DNA of 64,000 nucleotides from Pocillopora damicornis (GCF_003704095.1 NW_020843402.1:620001-684000), one strand, 5' to 3'; positions 42,158 to 54,023 are shown, counted from the stretch's first letter. Notes: generated by a model from the sequence alone, not told the origin. Numbers and translations: made by a program.

Positions 42158-44860
42158 TTAATGATGTTTATGACAGAGATTAAAGCCACATGTACTAGCA
42201 AAATCCAATTTAATCTTCTTTCCTGACTTATCCACACATGTCCACTTGCTGTGATGTATATGTAAAGAGCACTTCAGTGGTAAAGAGTAACCAGCTTTCT
42301 TACAGGCCAGAATGTGCTTCACATCAAATGGAGATTGCTGAACAGGTGTACCTTGGGATGGTCGACAGAGCCCTCTATAAAACAGCTTTGCTTTGAAACA
42401 GTTTATTTTCAGTGGAATTGAGCCTTCTAATGCTTCTCTGCAGGGTTCTTCGTCATATTCTTCATCTACTGGTTCTTCAGCAGAGGTCTTTAATTTATTG
42501 CCTCCTAAAAGAAAAAAAAATATACTAAATAAATTACCAATGGCACTGAACAGTTACATTTGAGAACTTAATTAACCCTTAAACTCTCATGAGTGACTCG
42601 GGCACAATTTCTCCTTACAATATCAATACAAAATCAAGACAGCAAGTGATGAGAACCAAGAAAAGTATCAATTAGGGGATTATTAGTTGATCCAATACCA
42701 AATTCTCAGAAGTAAAATCAGAAGAATTGCATAGCAGGCAGCAAAGAGAATTACTAAAAAGATCTTGGGAGTTAAAGGGTGGAAGAATACAGTATTTGAG
42801 ATGATTCATTAAGCATCTGAGAATGTGGAAATAATTCAGCTAAAGCCTTTTTTCAGACTTGTGGAATATGCTCTTGTTATTTTAAACTGTTTCCTTGCAA
42901 CTAAATTTCTTAATGAAACCTCTGAAACAGTATATTGTTGCACTGCTCACTCACTAGACTAACCTTTACGTAGGCATGTCCGTTCACATTCATCTTTAGT
43001 CCTGAAATTGTTTTTGTTTCCCTGACATCCTCCATAAATGAATTTTGTGCAGTTTTTCCACACACTGTTGTAGTACCATCTTGGAAAAATAGCCATACAC
43101 CTGCCAGGTTTTCTTTCCTGGTTGCAGATATCTGTAAAGATACATGCCTGTTAAGTCTACTCAGGGGACAGTAACGTCACCTTTCTCTAGATATTTGACA
43201 ATGGCACTCTCTGTTAGGAAAGCAGGGAAACTACCAATACAGGGCCACTTTTGAAGGAACACATATATACAGTGGCTCTCTTCAGTGGCTAATTTTGCTC
43301 AGCAGCAGATAAAAAAACAAGGAATGATGAATACATGCATTAAGTCATACAGAAGTTCAATGTTTAATGACTTGTTTGGCTCAGCAGTGGATGAAATAAT
43401 GAGGAATAATCTAGGGAATATATATTTAGTGGCTAATGTTTGGCTCCTTTGGCCAGGCAGTGGATGAAAGAATGAGATTAATCCTTAAGCATGTTAGTCC
43501 AAGATTTATATATTCAGTGGCTCATAAGGCTCATTAGTGGATGAGGGAACACGCGTGTGAACTCTTACAACAATATATTAAGTGGCTCCTTTGGCTCAGC
43601 AGTGGAAGAGCAAGCTAGCTAAATGAGTTGTCTTGTTTAATGGATGGTTTAAAGTAGCCCTGTTTTCTGTAGTTTGGACAGCAAAGCTGGTTTCCCTCAT
43701 CTATGGCATATTTGCCACAGTTTTATTGGATATTGAAAGTTTTCGATGCTGCATCACTTAATTAAGGACCGCATTAATTAATTTATTCCAGGGTAGTGTT
43801 AATTTCCAAGAATCGCTTTCTACTCCCTGACAACAATTTACGCACATTTTTTATGAATATGATGTCAAACAGAAAAATGGTCACGGTCTCCCTTCAGCTG
43901 GGATTGAATCCGCATTGACTGGCTTGTAATATGAACAAGAAAGACAGAGAGGATTTCATAGTTGTCAAACAGAAAAATGGTCACGGTCTCCCTTCAGCTG
44001 GGATTGAATCCGCATTGACTGGCTTGTAATATGAACAAGAAAGACAGAGAAGATTTCATAGTTGTACCATACATATATGTTCTCTTCTAATCACAATACA
44101 ATCAGAAACGTTCAATTAATTTTATTCGATGGGCGACAATCGATTGATAACGATAGTTATCACAGCTTTTGTAAAATGCCCTATAATATTCCCCGCTGGC
44201 TAGTTGTGACAGTTAAAAACACATTTGCAAAGTTGGCTAGTCAACACGGCATATGAAAGAAGGTACAATAATAAATTTGTAAGCAAACCAAATTCTACGA
44301 ATGAATCAGCCAACTTTCAATATTGTAGCGTCTTTTGTCATGTGCTATATTTAGAAATTGACATTTTATCCTTCCCGTCTCACTTTTGTCAATCTAAGCT
44401 ACGACATTTCAACCGATTTTTGACAACCTACAACATTCATGAAATTTATATTCTACTTGAGAACTTCAGCACAGATGTTTTGTGAGACGCTGAAGGCAAA
44501 CGGAAGAAACCAACTGCTTCAAGCGCGCCTTGACAACAACCAATCAACTTTCGCATTTCAGACTACACCACACTTACGAAAGAACTTTAAAAAGCGCTAG
44601 CGAAGACAAATTTTGTCTTCTGTGTCATATAAGCTGTGCTGAAGCTTTCAATTATGACTTGCATGAAAGTAATCGATACCTGAAGAACTTTCATCGAAAT
44701 CTTCCCGGCTCTTCACGCCAATAACCTAGAAGGAAAGACGTGGAGAGAATCAGCAGTTATGAAAAACATGAAACAAATATTTCCAGCACGAAAAATATGC
44801 AATTGAACTTACAAGAAGCGCAAGAAAAAGGCAAGGCAAAGCAATGTGATTAACCGCCAT
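42158..44860 (-). CDS. Secreted Kunitz/BPTI + degenerate thyroglobulin type-1 domain protein; exons 44860-44813, 44725-44680, 43131-42964, 42504-42158
   Basis: Signal peptide MAVNHIALPCLFLALL|VIGVKS; six-Cys Kunitz exon DICNQERKPGRCMAIFPRWYYNSVWKNCTKFIYGGCQGNKNNFRTKDECERTC; acidic linker EEPVDEEYDEE; PCREAL...HILACKKAGYSLPLKC...KWTCVDKSGKKI...STC. All splice sites are GT-AG with phases 0, 1, 1 and the frame is open to TAA at 42160-42158. Confidence 0.85.
42572..42780 (-). mobile_element. ~200-bp piggyBac-like MITE copy in Kunitz gene intron 3
   Basis: ttaa-cccttaaactc...gggagttaaagggt termini; reverse-complement similarity to 26774-26981. Confidence 0.7.
43270..43610. repeat. Degenerate interspaced repeat (about 5 units) in Kunitz gene intron 2
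   Basis: Recurring agtggct-N-ggctcagcagtggatga-like units at about 43270, 43376, 43427, 43515 and 43580. Confidence 0.55.
43863..44064. repeat. Near-perfect 100-bp tandem duplication
   Basis: tgtcaaacagaaaaatggtcacggtctccc...gatttcatagt occurs twice (43863, 43963) with one visible mismatch (gagagg vs gagaag). Confidence 0.95.
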
Positions 44861-44896
44861 ACCGTCGTCGGTTCGCTAGAGCCCGAGGACTCTTCT

Positions 44897-44906
44897 CTAT
44901 AAATAG
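44897..44906 (-). promoter_or_regulatory. Candidate TATA box of the Kunitz-TY gene
   Basis: Minus-strand CTATTTATAG about 40 bp upstream of the ATG at 44860; a CRE-like tgacgtca lies at about 44925-44932. Confidence 0.45.
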
Positions 44907-45958
44907 AAGCTGCAAAAAAAGTCGTGACGTCATGCTAGGCCACAATTCCAAACCGGAAATTCCACGTGAAAATAACTCTGCGAATTTTAGGGTGCGCCCA
45001 TTCAGCACATTCGGAAATTTTACCCATGCCATTCCTATGTTTAACCTACATTTACGCAATAATGGGTGGTTCTACGTGGCCGTGACCGCTAACTGAATTT
45101 CCAAACACGTTCAAGAAAGTTGTAGTGAACTGAAGATTTTGGAAACATCATCCATTATGGCAGAAGTTTCTCAGGCTAGTTTCTTGAAGGGGGAGGGGGG
45201 ATGACACAGAAGTGAAGGAGAACTCAGCTGATAACCAAGGGGCATCTTATTAAAAGTTTTCTGGAACATCTCCAACTCCAATTATCATTATCTTTTTCAA
45301 GGAAGATGAGCTTTGTCGTGAACTAAAGAAAGTCGTTTATCATCGTTCTAAGGAGGTTGATATAAATTAAGTACAGAGCATACATGATCGATCAAACCCT
45401 GGACCTTCAGATTTCTACGACAATGCTTTGCAACTGAGCTGCAGTGATCTAAATGGTGGGCTCTAGGCAATTATTAGATTCATTGTGTCACAAGCAATAC
45501 CCTTCTAAACGAATAAGGGTTTTAGCTTGTCAAACACCTCCTTGCAATGTACATAAAATTTGGGAAAAGAACTACTGAGAGTGTCAAAAGACTACACAAA
45601 ATTCCCTTTCCAGAGACAGTCTGTTAATTTTATTAAGAAGTGAAAAATACTCTCAACAAACCCATAGTGCATGCTGCACTAAACCAACCCCACTACTTAA
45701 CACTTTGCCTTTCTTTACAATGATTTAATACAAAATTAGTTAAGAAAAATATATCAAAATTATTTTCGGTTACATTTATCTTCTATTTCAATTCAAATAT
45801 TCTGAGCAAACAAAGGTAAAATTTTAAGGTTATAACATTTCACAGTTTGCTGCAGTAACTTAAACTGGTGTCTATGCAATCAATGCTAAAACATTAAAAG
45901 ACCAAGAATACTCAGCACGACAGAATCTAAGGTGACTGATTCATAAGTGGCTTCTCCT

Positions 45959-48900
45959 CTATTCTTCTCTCTTAGTTGGTTCTGTGTTGTCCACTGAAAA
46001 AGATAAAAATATTATTCACTATAAACATATTCTTACAATTTCCTGATTGAATGATGTTGAAAAATTCACATTTTGTATGTGAAAATGTCAATGGATTTCC
46101 TCGGGTGTATGTGATTCCTTTTCTGGCAATTTTAAAAGATAAAAAAAAACCTATAGTGTTGAGATGGTGATGTGGGATTTCATAGTTGAAGAATCCCATC
46201 CCTGGTATCTGTTTGATGAGTTGGCAAAAATTAGTACACCTAAAAAACTTTCCCTGCTGAGCTAAAATCGAATTAACATGTTTTTGGCTCTAGACAACAT
46301 AATTCAAACTGAAAGAATTGTAAGTTCATGTCCTTTGGAATGCTGGTGTAAAAAATAACAGAGATATTTTTCTTAAGTGCAAATTATTGCAAACTTAGTA
46401 GACTATACAAGGCAATTTACTGTGCTCTTACTAGGTGAAAACTGGATAAATTTGAAACAATAAACAAAAAAATGTCCTGTAGCATTAAGATGATTTATCA
46501 GCACATTCCCCTGTGTTACTAACTGCTCATAGCTGAGTGCTTCATGACCATATGGAAAAAGAAAATTATGAAACCTCCAACCATACAACTAGACACACAT
46601 CTCAGAATACCCACCACAATCTGAAAGGCCTTCAATTTTGCTGCCATGTCGGTCCACACACCAACATTCCTTTATTCCCTGACGATCTGCAGCTCTGCAT
46701 TGACGAGGCAAATAAAAGCCATCTTCGTCACAAGAGGGAGTGTAAACACCAGGCAGGACATGTGCTTCTCCTCTGATGAGAAGAGCTGGTAGGTGTTTAC
46801 GCAGCCTGTGCAAGCAGGGTGGTTCTAAAAAACAATGTAGACTGATTTGAACATTTGAACATTTGATGCATGAAACAGTAAGTGCAATCAAGAATGACTT
46901 GTCTTTAGTTATATTCTTGACTTTCTTTTGATGCTTCGGCATTAAATAGTTTGTTTTTTCAAATTTATAATTTTTTTTACCTGTAATTTGTTCTAGACTT
47001 GTTACTGCACCTGGCCACAACTGATAATAATCAACTTATAATGAATCCAAATTGTTATTTTCAAAACATAGCAGTACGCACAAAATAATTCCCATCTGGC
47101 ATATAAATATGCTTAGAGTTATTTTCTGGTACCCATACTTCTACTCCCTTTTATTTATTAAAAATCTAGAGAAAATCTCCATTTACCAACAGATATGAAA
47201 CAACTGCAAAACTCAGCTTCAGTAAAGGTCTCCTTCTCATTGGCACAATTCTTGAAGAACTTTTTTATGCAAGGCTCTGTTGCAATGTCGTAAATGACTT
47301 CCAGTTCAGACTCATCCAACACACCATCATGGTTTTTATCCAACACAAGACGGAACACAGAACTAATTGGCTCTCGGATGACACTTTGATCAGAGCCTTA
47401 ACATATTGAAAAAGACACATATATTCAATCACAAAATTAGGAATAGCTTATCCGCATTTCCAATGGAAAAATAGGGGGTTACATTCACAAACATTTAGAG
47501 GTAATTGCTCAACAGAAACAAAGACAGCTGTAGCTACAAGAATTTGAACGATAATAAAATTTAAAGGCAAGCACAGTTGAATACCAGAAAAAAGTTTTCT
47601 TCTCTTTTTGGTTTAAAAAATTTCCTATCAACAGGGCAACTTAATTCTCATGCTAACTTACCCACAAGAAAAACAATGCATGAAGACAATCCACAAAATT
47701 ATACAAACACACAAGAGAAATCACAGTGGAAATATAAAATGACCAGATCTAAGTTCATTATCTGATTGCACACCTGATGGAAAAGGCATCTTTGCTTCCT
47801 TCAGTTTCAAGTGAGGAATTGCCTCTCCAGGCCTTTGTGATTCAAAATCACCATTCTTCTTCTGCTCCTCCCTGATGTGCATTGCACGCAAGACATGGAA
47901 CCAATCCAACAGACGGTCTGGCAAAGCTGTGCAGTTTTCTGTGTCAGCTGAAGAACATATATGAAAAGACAGTTATCATCATGATAAGCTGGGTAATTAA
48001 GTGTTCCTTATCAAGATAGAAATCACAGTTTCAAAATAACAATACAAAATACACTGTAAACAAATAATACTAAAAGTCAAAATTTGGATTAAACCTTTAA
48101 CTACCAAGAACTGAATGTTAAGTCTTTCCTGTAACTGTTACATATTTTCTTTTAGAAAAGTTAAGAGAATTTAGTGTTAGATCAAGATGGCAACTTGTGC
48201 CTGATAAGTTTGAGTATTCTCATGACCTATTTGCCAGATAATGTTTAGATATTAAAGGGAGAAGGTATGTGTTCATCACTTTTGGGAGTTAAAGGATCAA
48301 ACCATCTCTTACACAGGCCGCCCAATTGTGGAAATGAAGGGTTTCTTTTTTATTTTTTCTCTAATATAGTGGACTTTACTTAAGCAGTTGCCGCAAAGAT
48401 CACTTTCATATTCTTTTTTTGTTTGCAGGTCGCATCTATGATTTTCATATATTCACAGTCATTCATTTTCATTGTTAGTGATGTTTTTTAGTACTATGCT
48501 GATGTGTTTAAGGCTAGATGGGATCCACATCTAATCCTACTAAAAACAAAATGGAAACTTCTATTTACTGTTCTCTCTCATCCACTCTTGGAAAAAATGC
48601 AACCTTTTGTTTCCTATTTTTTTCAGAGATATATCACTTTGGTGATTACCAAATGCCCATTTCATCCATAGATTAATTCTTACATTTTCCCCTTGAGCTA
48701 GTCAATGTCAGTCTTTTAAAAAACTTACGGGCTGTTGGCAAGCGTTCCTGTAGAACAGCCTTCTTGATCTGATTCCAATGAGCCCACTTTTTCAGTTCTT
48801 GAATCCTGTCCTGTTATCCAAAATTTATGAATAATTATCAAATATGGTAACATTGTTTTTAAAGTGCAAAGTTCAGGTCTGAAAAGTGGTAAGAAATTGT

Positions 48901-49893
48901 CCAAGAAATTGATGAAACATACCGTGGTTCTCTTCCATTACCCATAATTCCTCATAGATAAAAATTGATGCATCAACCATAAATGCAACCATAGGTAACC
49001 ACATGGTGAATTTCATTGATTCTCACTAGTGTTTTTTACCAATTTCCAGACCTCAATTTAATCCAACAGAAACCCTGTATTGCCACAGTATCTTGAGAAA
49101 AACACAGAGCCTGGGTTGACTATGGTCGTACAATCGAACATCGCGCATTCACAAGTAAAATAATCGACCCTTGACTCCCTCTGTTATTTGTCATGTTCCT
49201 CGTAAACAAAGACACATTGTTTGAAACATTGACACTTTTTGGAACATCCCCAAATAACTTATTTAACCTAAGAGCAACATGAAAACAGTTTTGGCCAAAT
49301 GTGGCTTTAAAAATTCGGGAAGGCAAAGTTATTCCACCGATGGAAGCCCTGGAATTCGGAGAGCAAGGATCACCTCCGCAAAAAACAATTGAAATAATAT
49401 CACATCTCGACACAGGACAGCGGACTAAAAACGTCGCTGTCTGCAAAATTGATTAGTATTCTTTCAAAAAATATATTTCCATTATCGATCGCTTTCAAAT
49501 GAACTGCAAGTCTGAAAACTACAATATAATTCACTTGGAGAAAATCTTGATCTGTCATAAGCGGAGGCATCGAAGGTATTAGGGACGCCTTTACGACCGA
49601 TGTCAAAATTGCCACGTTGAGGACAATTTCGATTGTCATGAGGTTTTACTTGCTTCTGGAATAGTGCGACGTGAGCCAACCATCCGCTATGTTCAAATAA
49701 AATTTGAAACTTTGAGATCTTTTCGAGAAGTTAGCGATATAAGGATGAATATGAATGCTTGATGCTTACTAAAGGAGATAATAACAGAGTCTTTGAGGAT
49801 CACAAGCAACTGCACGACATAGAATCTCACCTTTTTTGCCTCTACCACGAAGAGGACGAAGATCACAAGAGCCACAGTCCACAACAACTTCAT
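45959..49893 (-). CDS. Testican/SPOCK-like secreted protein (SPARC extracellular Ca-binding + thyroglobulin-1 domains); exons 49893-49831, 49588-49535, 48810-48729, 47947-47774, 47396-47187, 46824-46615, 45993-45959
   Basis: Signal peptide [19 protein letters not shown]; EC-domain motifs [17 protein letters not shown]-hand [31 protein letters not shown]; TY domain PPCL...[17 protein letters not shown]...[11 protein letters not shown]. Exon phases are consistent; the exon 2 acceptor is less certain. Confidence 0.85.
48089..48300 (+). mobile_element. ~200-bp piggyBac-like MITE copy (diverged) in a testican-like intron
   Basis: ttaaacctttaact...gggagttaaaggatcaa termini; internal gagaatttagtg and tattctcatgacct similar to the other copies. 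Confidence 0.55.
48381..48462 (+). mobile_element. Fragment of the same tRNA-derived repeat family as 53309-53539 (opposite orientation)
   Basis: gcaaagatcactttcatattc...tatgattttcatatattcacagtc is the reverse complement of the 53309-53380 segment. Confidence 0.6.
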
Positions 49894-51011
49894 GTTCGTT
49901 AGAAAAAAACCTTCAATGCAAGAGCTAAGAAAAGGGAAGCCGCAAAATCGTCAGAAATCCAGAGGAAACTCTTGACGATATCTTACCAGCAACGTCTGCT
50001 ACTTGGTTGTTGTGTCAGTGTCCGAAATGTGACACTACCGAATGATTCCAAGTCCAGTGACTTGATTGGTTCGCAAATAAGGGGATTTTTTTCCCACCTA
50101 GGTGGCACCGGAACTTTGGATTGTCTCCTCAATTCTGCGGTGTAAGGTGTGGAATCTGCGTTCAAAGAATTTTTCACGAATACCAAATTTTGATCCATTA
50201 GAGCTTCTGCATTTCAGAAAACGAATGCGTAATGAAAGAGGACAAGGGCTGAAACAGTTCTCGTGATAAAATTGCGGAAAGCAGTAGCGAGATAAATTAT
50301 TTGGAACAGTGAATTTTTAAGTTATACCGGATGCCTCTTCCGGACCCTCAGTCATAAGAGAAGGTAAGAGCTCGTCAGGGACCCCCACCGTATTTCGTTA
50401 CCCCGTTTTTACGTTTGTTTCGGGATAGTCCAAACCATTGCCAGTGAAGGTGTGTTAATCATCAGCGGTGAAGTTATTTAAGATTTCGACAACAACAGTA
50501 GTAACAACAGCAACAAATTAAAAGATAATCATTTTGCCACAATATATATAACATACTTTTATATAAGATCTATCTATGTAATACTTGACTAAATAAAGCA
50601 ATAGCCCATTTCGAGGACCAGTGAGGTTCAGCCTGGAGTCCTAAACAAATTAACAGGTGCGGTCAGAAAACCTTTTGTTCTCTGCTGCTTCTTGAGAATT
50701 CAACTTACGTCTTTGAAAAATAAATTAGTAAATAAGAAAGGAAATAAATAGAAACAACAATCAGAGAAAATAAAATAAAAAATAAAGAATTTAAAAATAA
50801 GAAAAAAAGAAAGAATATGAAGTCTGATATCCCCCACCCCCTCCACAGTAGGCAAAACGTGCACCACCCGCTCCCGCAACATATAGCCCAGCGGTTTCCT
50901 TTCAAAAGGAACATGGCGTCTTTAAAGTGACATTGGTGTCTGTCGTAAATTACCATTTCCGATGTGAGTTTTCTCGTGTTTTAGAGGTTTTTTGGCTGAA
51001 TCTTCCCTGCC

Positions 51012-54000
51012 ATGTGCCGCAATTGTGCTTTACCTGAATGGGGGGAGCCTATAAAAGTTCCTGTTGGAGAACTTCCGCAGTTTTTCGCCAAGCAAATCAG
51101 CTGGAACTTTGAGAGGCTAAACTACGGTGGAGGTGCTATTATGGAAACTGTTTCTGGCCGGCCAGAGCGTCCTTCAGTAACCGGACGGCTTGGCTGTAGA
51201 TTGAGGGAAGGCATACAGCCTCCGACTAGAGGGAAACGTACTGAAAGATACCTTCTTGTGAGCGAATGTTTGTATTGTCCCGGCAAAAGGTATGGATGCA
51301 CTCCTAGGGCCAACTGTACGGGGAAGCGTCGGAATTGCTACGCGATGTGCAAAGTTACAGTGTATGCCGATGTGCCTGATGTTGCTGAAGTTTCTTTCTC
51401 GGGTAGCCACGGAAGTGGCAATGTCACAGATCCTTCTTTACACAGATCTCCACATGACCCTAAAAGAAGACGGCTTGCCGAAGACGATTCCATCGATCAA
51501 ACACAGGTAAGGTCACTAGGATATTTTAACCAAGGCGGACAAGGCTGATGAATTGATGTACATTTATGCTTCAGTCATTTTAATCTCCCCACCCCCTCCC
51601 CTCTTTAGTTGGCTCCTGTGTCAAATAATTGGTGCATTCCTTCTCAATTCTTACACATAAAATGCATCATGGGAATGAGAAGCAAGTTTATAAAATGTAA
51701 TTAGCCCTTGGTTGGGTAAAAATTCCTTCATGGTGATTGGCTGAGATGAGAAAGCTGAAAAGGAATGTTATTCTGAGACAAGGAGGTATTTGTCAGATGT
51801 GGAGTTATAACATTGAAAAAAAGAACTAGCATTTCTATGATGTGCTATTTTCCTTCTAATAGTAGTTTTATTTTATCTTTATTCTTTGTGTGCCTCAGAG
51901 ATGGAAAGAAAGTGATCGGCCAACAATGGTAGAGTCTCTCAGTTCTGATGGACCTAACCTCAACCATCCAAGTACAAATATGGTAACAGTTGATGTTGGG
52001 CAAAATGTTATATTGACAGGAAGTAATGTAGATGTGGTGAACCCCCATAACAATTCAAGTTCACCAGAAATTGTGCTTTGGACCTCATCAGCTGGAGAAC
52101 ACCCCGGTAGTCATCAAACTAGTGCCAGTTGGGCAAATAGTAATGGTTCCTCAAGTAGTGGACAAAGCACACCCAGTACGCCACTTAATACACCATTATC
52201 TGTACCAGGATTAACTCTTCAATCTCCTACACATACTAATGCCAGAGGGGCTCCACCCAAGGCGCCTGGATTAAATTCACAATCGATTAGAGTCTGTCCA
52301 GGGCCAAAGGGCAGTATAGGACAGCCCCTGTCTCCATCATGGAGAACAGAGGCAAAGTTTTCAGCATCAAAGATGCGTGTAAATCAAGTAAGTAAAGATT
52401 GGAGCAATAAAAACATTTATTTTGCATTTTAATGATAATTTGAGAGATCAGATGGTGGTTAAGATCTTATTCAACTGCAAATTTTCTGTTCACAGCAGCA
52501 CCATGACACGAATCAAGAAATCCTTACATTAAAGCAACACATTCTCATACTTCAGCAAGAACATTTAAGCAAAATCTCTCGCATAGCTGAACTGGAAGCT
52601 GAGCTTCAAAGCATTAAGGTTAACAGATCTTCATTTATATCTTTCTTGTGGTATTTTTCTGTTGTTTGATCAATAAAAAGTATTTATGGTAACTTGTTGT
52701 GAATATCTTTTTTTCGGTGTAGTCTAACAATGTTGTTATCAGTAAACTGAAATCTGCAATTGTTTTTTCTTAGGAAAATGAACTTTCCAGACTAGAGGTC
52801 CAATTGCAAAGATTGGAGAAGGAAAACCTGAAAAAAGATGTTAGGATTCTCCAGCTTGAGAAACAATTGCAAGCAGCTGTATTCTCTAGAGCAAAAGTGA
52901 GAAGATTCATGTTCAAATTAGCACATAGTGTTGATGAAAAAAATAATACTTGTTGCTAATGAACATTGTTTAACTTATTTTGTTGGTGTGTGATACCAAT
53001 TATCAAAAGGGGAAACATATTGTAAGTTCTTTAGTGGTAATGGAAGATATTGTAGCTGGGTGCAGAACTAAGTTTAAGGTTCAAGCCTTGACTGTGTTTA
53101 TTGTGATGTGTTCTTGGAATAGACACTTGACCCTTTGAATCCAAAGAGTCACTAACATTTAATTTATCCATATAATATTGTCCTTGAATCACACATTAAG
53201 GTTACGAGAATTAAGGAAATGATCACCGACTAAAGAAATTCCTGACAAATTCTCCTTGTCAGCTCTTTAGGAAATGTTTGTAAAACAGTATGGAGAATAT
53301 TGATACTTGACTGTGAATATATGAAAATCATATATGTGGGCTGCAGATAAAGACGTGAATATGAAAGCGATCTTTGCAGTAATGAACACTACTTGAGCAG
53401 CAGCAAAAATAAGGCCTGAAAAAAAATCAGGCCTGTACAGGATTTGAACCCATGACCTCTGCAATACCTGTGCAGTGTTCTACCAACTGCCCTAGCCAAT
53501 TGGGAGCTGGGACCAGCTCCCAGTTGGCTTGCTAGCTCATATTCAAATACAGATACTGCTATCAGGATGAAAAGAATTACCTCTCACAGAGTCTCTCTAC
53601 GTTGTGGAATATTTATGGTTGGCGACAAAGTTTTTATTAGAAAACTCTTCCCATTGTGGAATAGTAGCAAATCTACTTTCCTCTCTGCCACAGAAACTGG
53701 GATACATTCCTCCAAATTACCCTTCCAGTGTTGCTGCTGTAAAGAGGATTTTGAGGGATGATTGATTTTGAGGCATCTTCTATCCTTTTTCTTGTTCATA
53801 GCTGCCGTCAAACTCAGTGGCAGTCCCTGTGCAGCATCAGTCAGTTTTAGATGGTGTCCCTTCACGTGTGCATGTCGGTAAATCCAATGATGCCACAACA
53901 TCTCATGTGGTGGGTGGGAAAGATGATGATGAAGTGGAGGGAAAAAAAGATCAGGAAGAGAAAGAAATGGACAAGGAAGATGATATTGGAGATGACGATG

Positions 54001-54023
54001 CACATAGTGTAGAAGAAGTATAG
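51012..54023 (+). CDS. Uncharacterised, probably nuclear protein: Cys/His-rich N-terminal domain, Ser/Pro/Thr-rich region, coiled coil, acidic tail; exons 51012-51506, 51899-52387, 52496-52618, 52774-52896, 53802-54023
   Basis: Five exons joined by GT-AG phase-0 introns, each a multiple of 3. NLS-like PKRRR; heptads (ILTLKQHILILQQEHLSKISRIAELEAELQSIK|ENELSRLEVQLQRLEKENLKKDVRILQLEKQLQ); D/E-rich end. YY1-like aacatggcg about 100 bp upstream. Confidence 0.8.
53129..53579 (-). mobile_element. piggyBac-like MITE interrupted by a tRNA-derived element
   Basis: 53129-53307 is reverse-complement similar to 41008-41213 and resumes at about 53552. The hexamer gatact occurs on both sides of the insertion. 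Confidence 0.6.
53309..53539 (-). mobile_element. tRNA-derived SINE/foldback repeat (not a functional tRNA gene)
   Basis: Minus strand reads cagttggtagaacactgcacaggtattgcagaggtcatgggttcaaatcctgtacaggcc (A-box-like plus B-box GGTTCAAATCC). Palindrome ccaattgggagctgg-ga-ccagctcccagttgg at about 53496-53527. Confidence 0.7.

Noticed and set aside
49482-49679. Longer alternative exon 2 for the testican-like gene (acceptor at 49655)
   Set aside because: It ends in phase 1 and would put the next exons out of frame with the EC domain; the 49588-49535 exon keeps the frame.
53420-53500. Possible tRNA gene
   Set aside because: The acceptor stem and A-box are degenerate, it is embedded in a repeat with another fragment at 48381-48462, and it is nested in a MITE.
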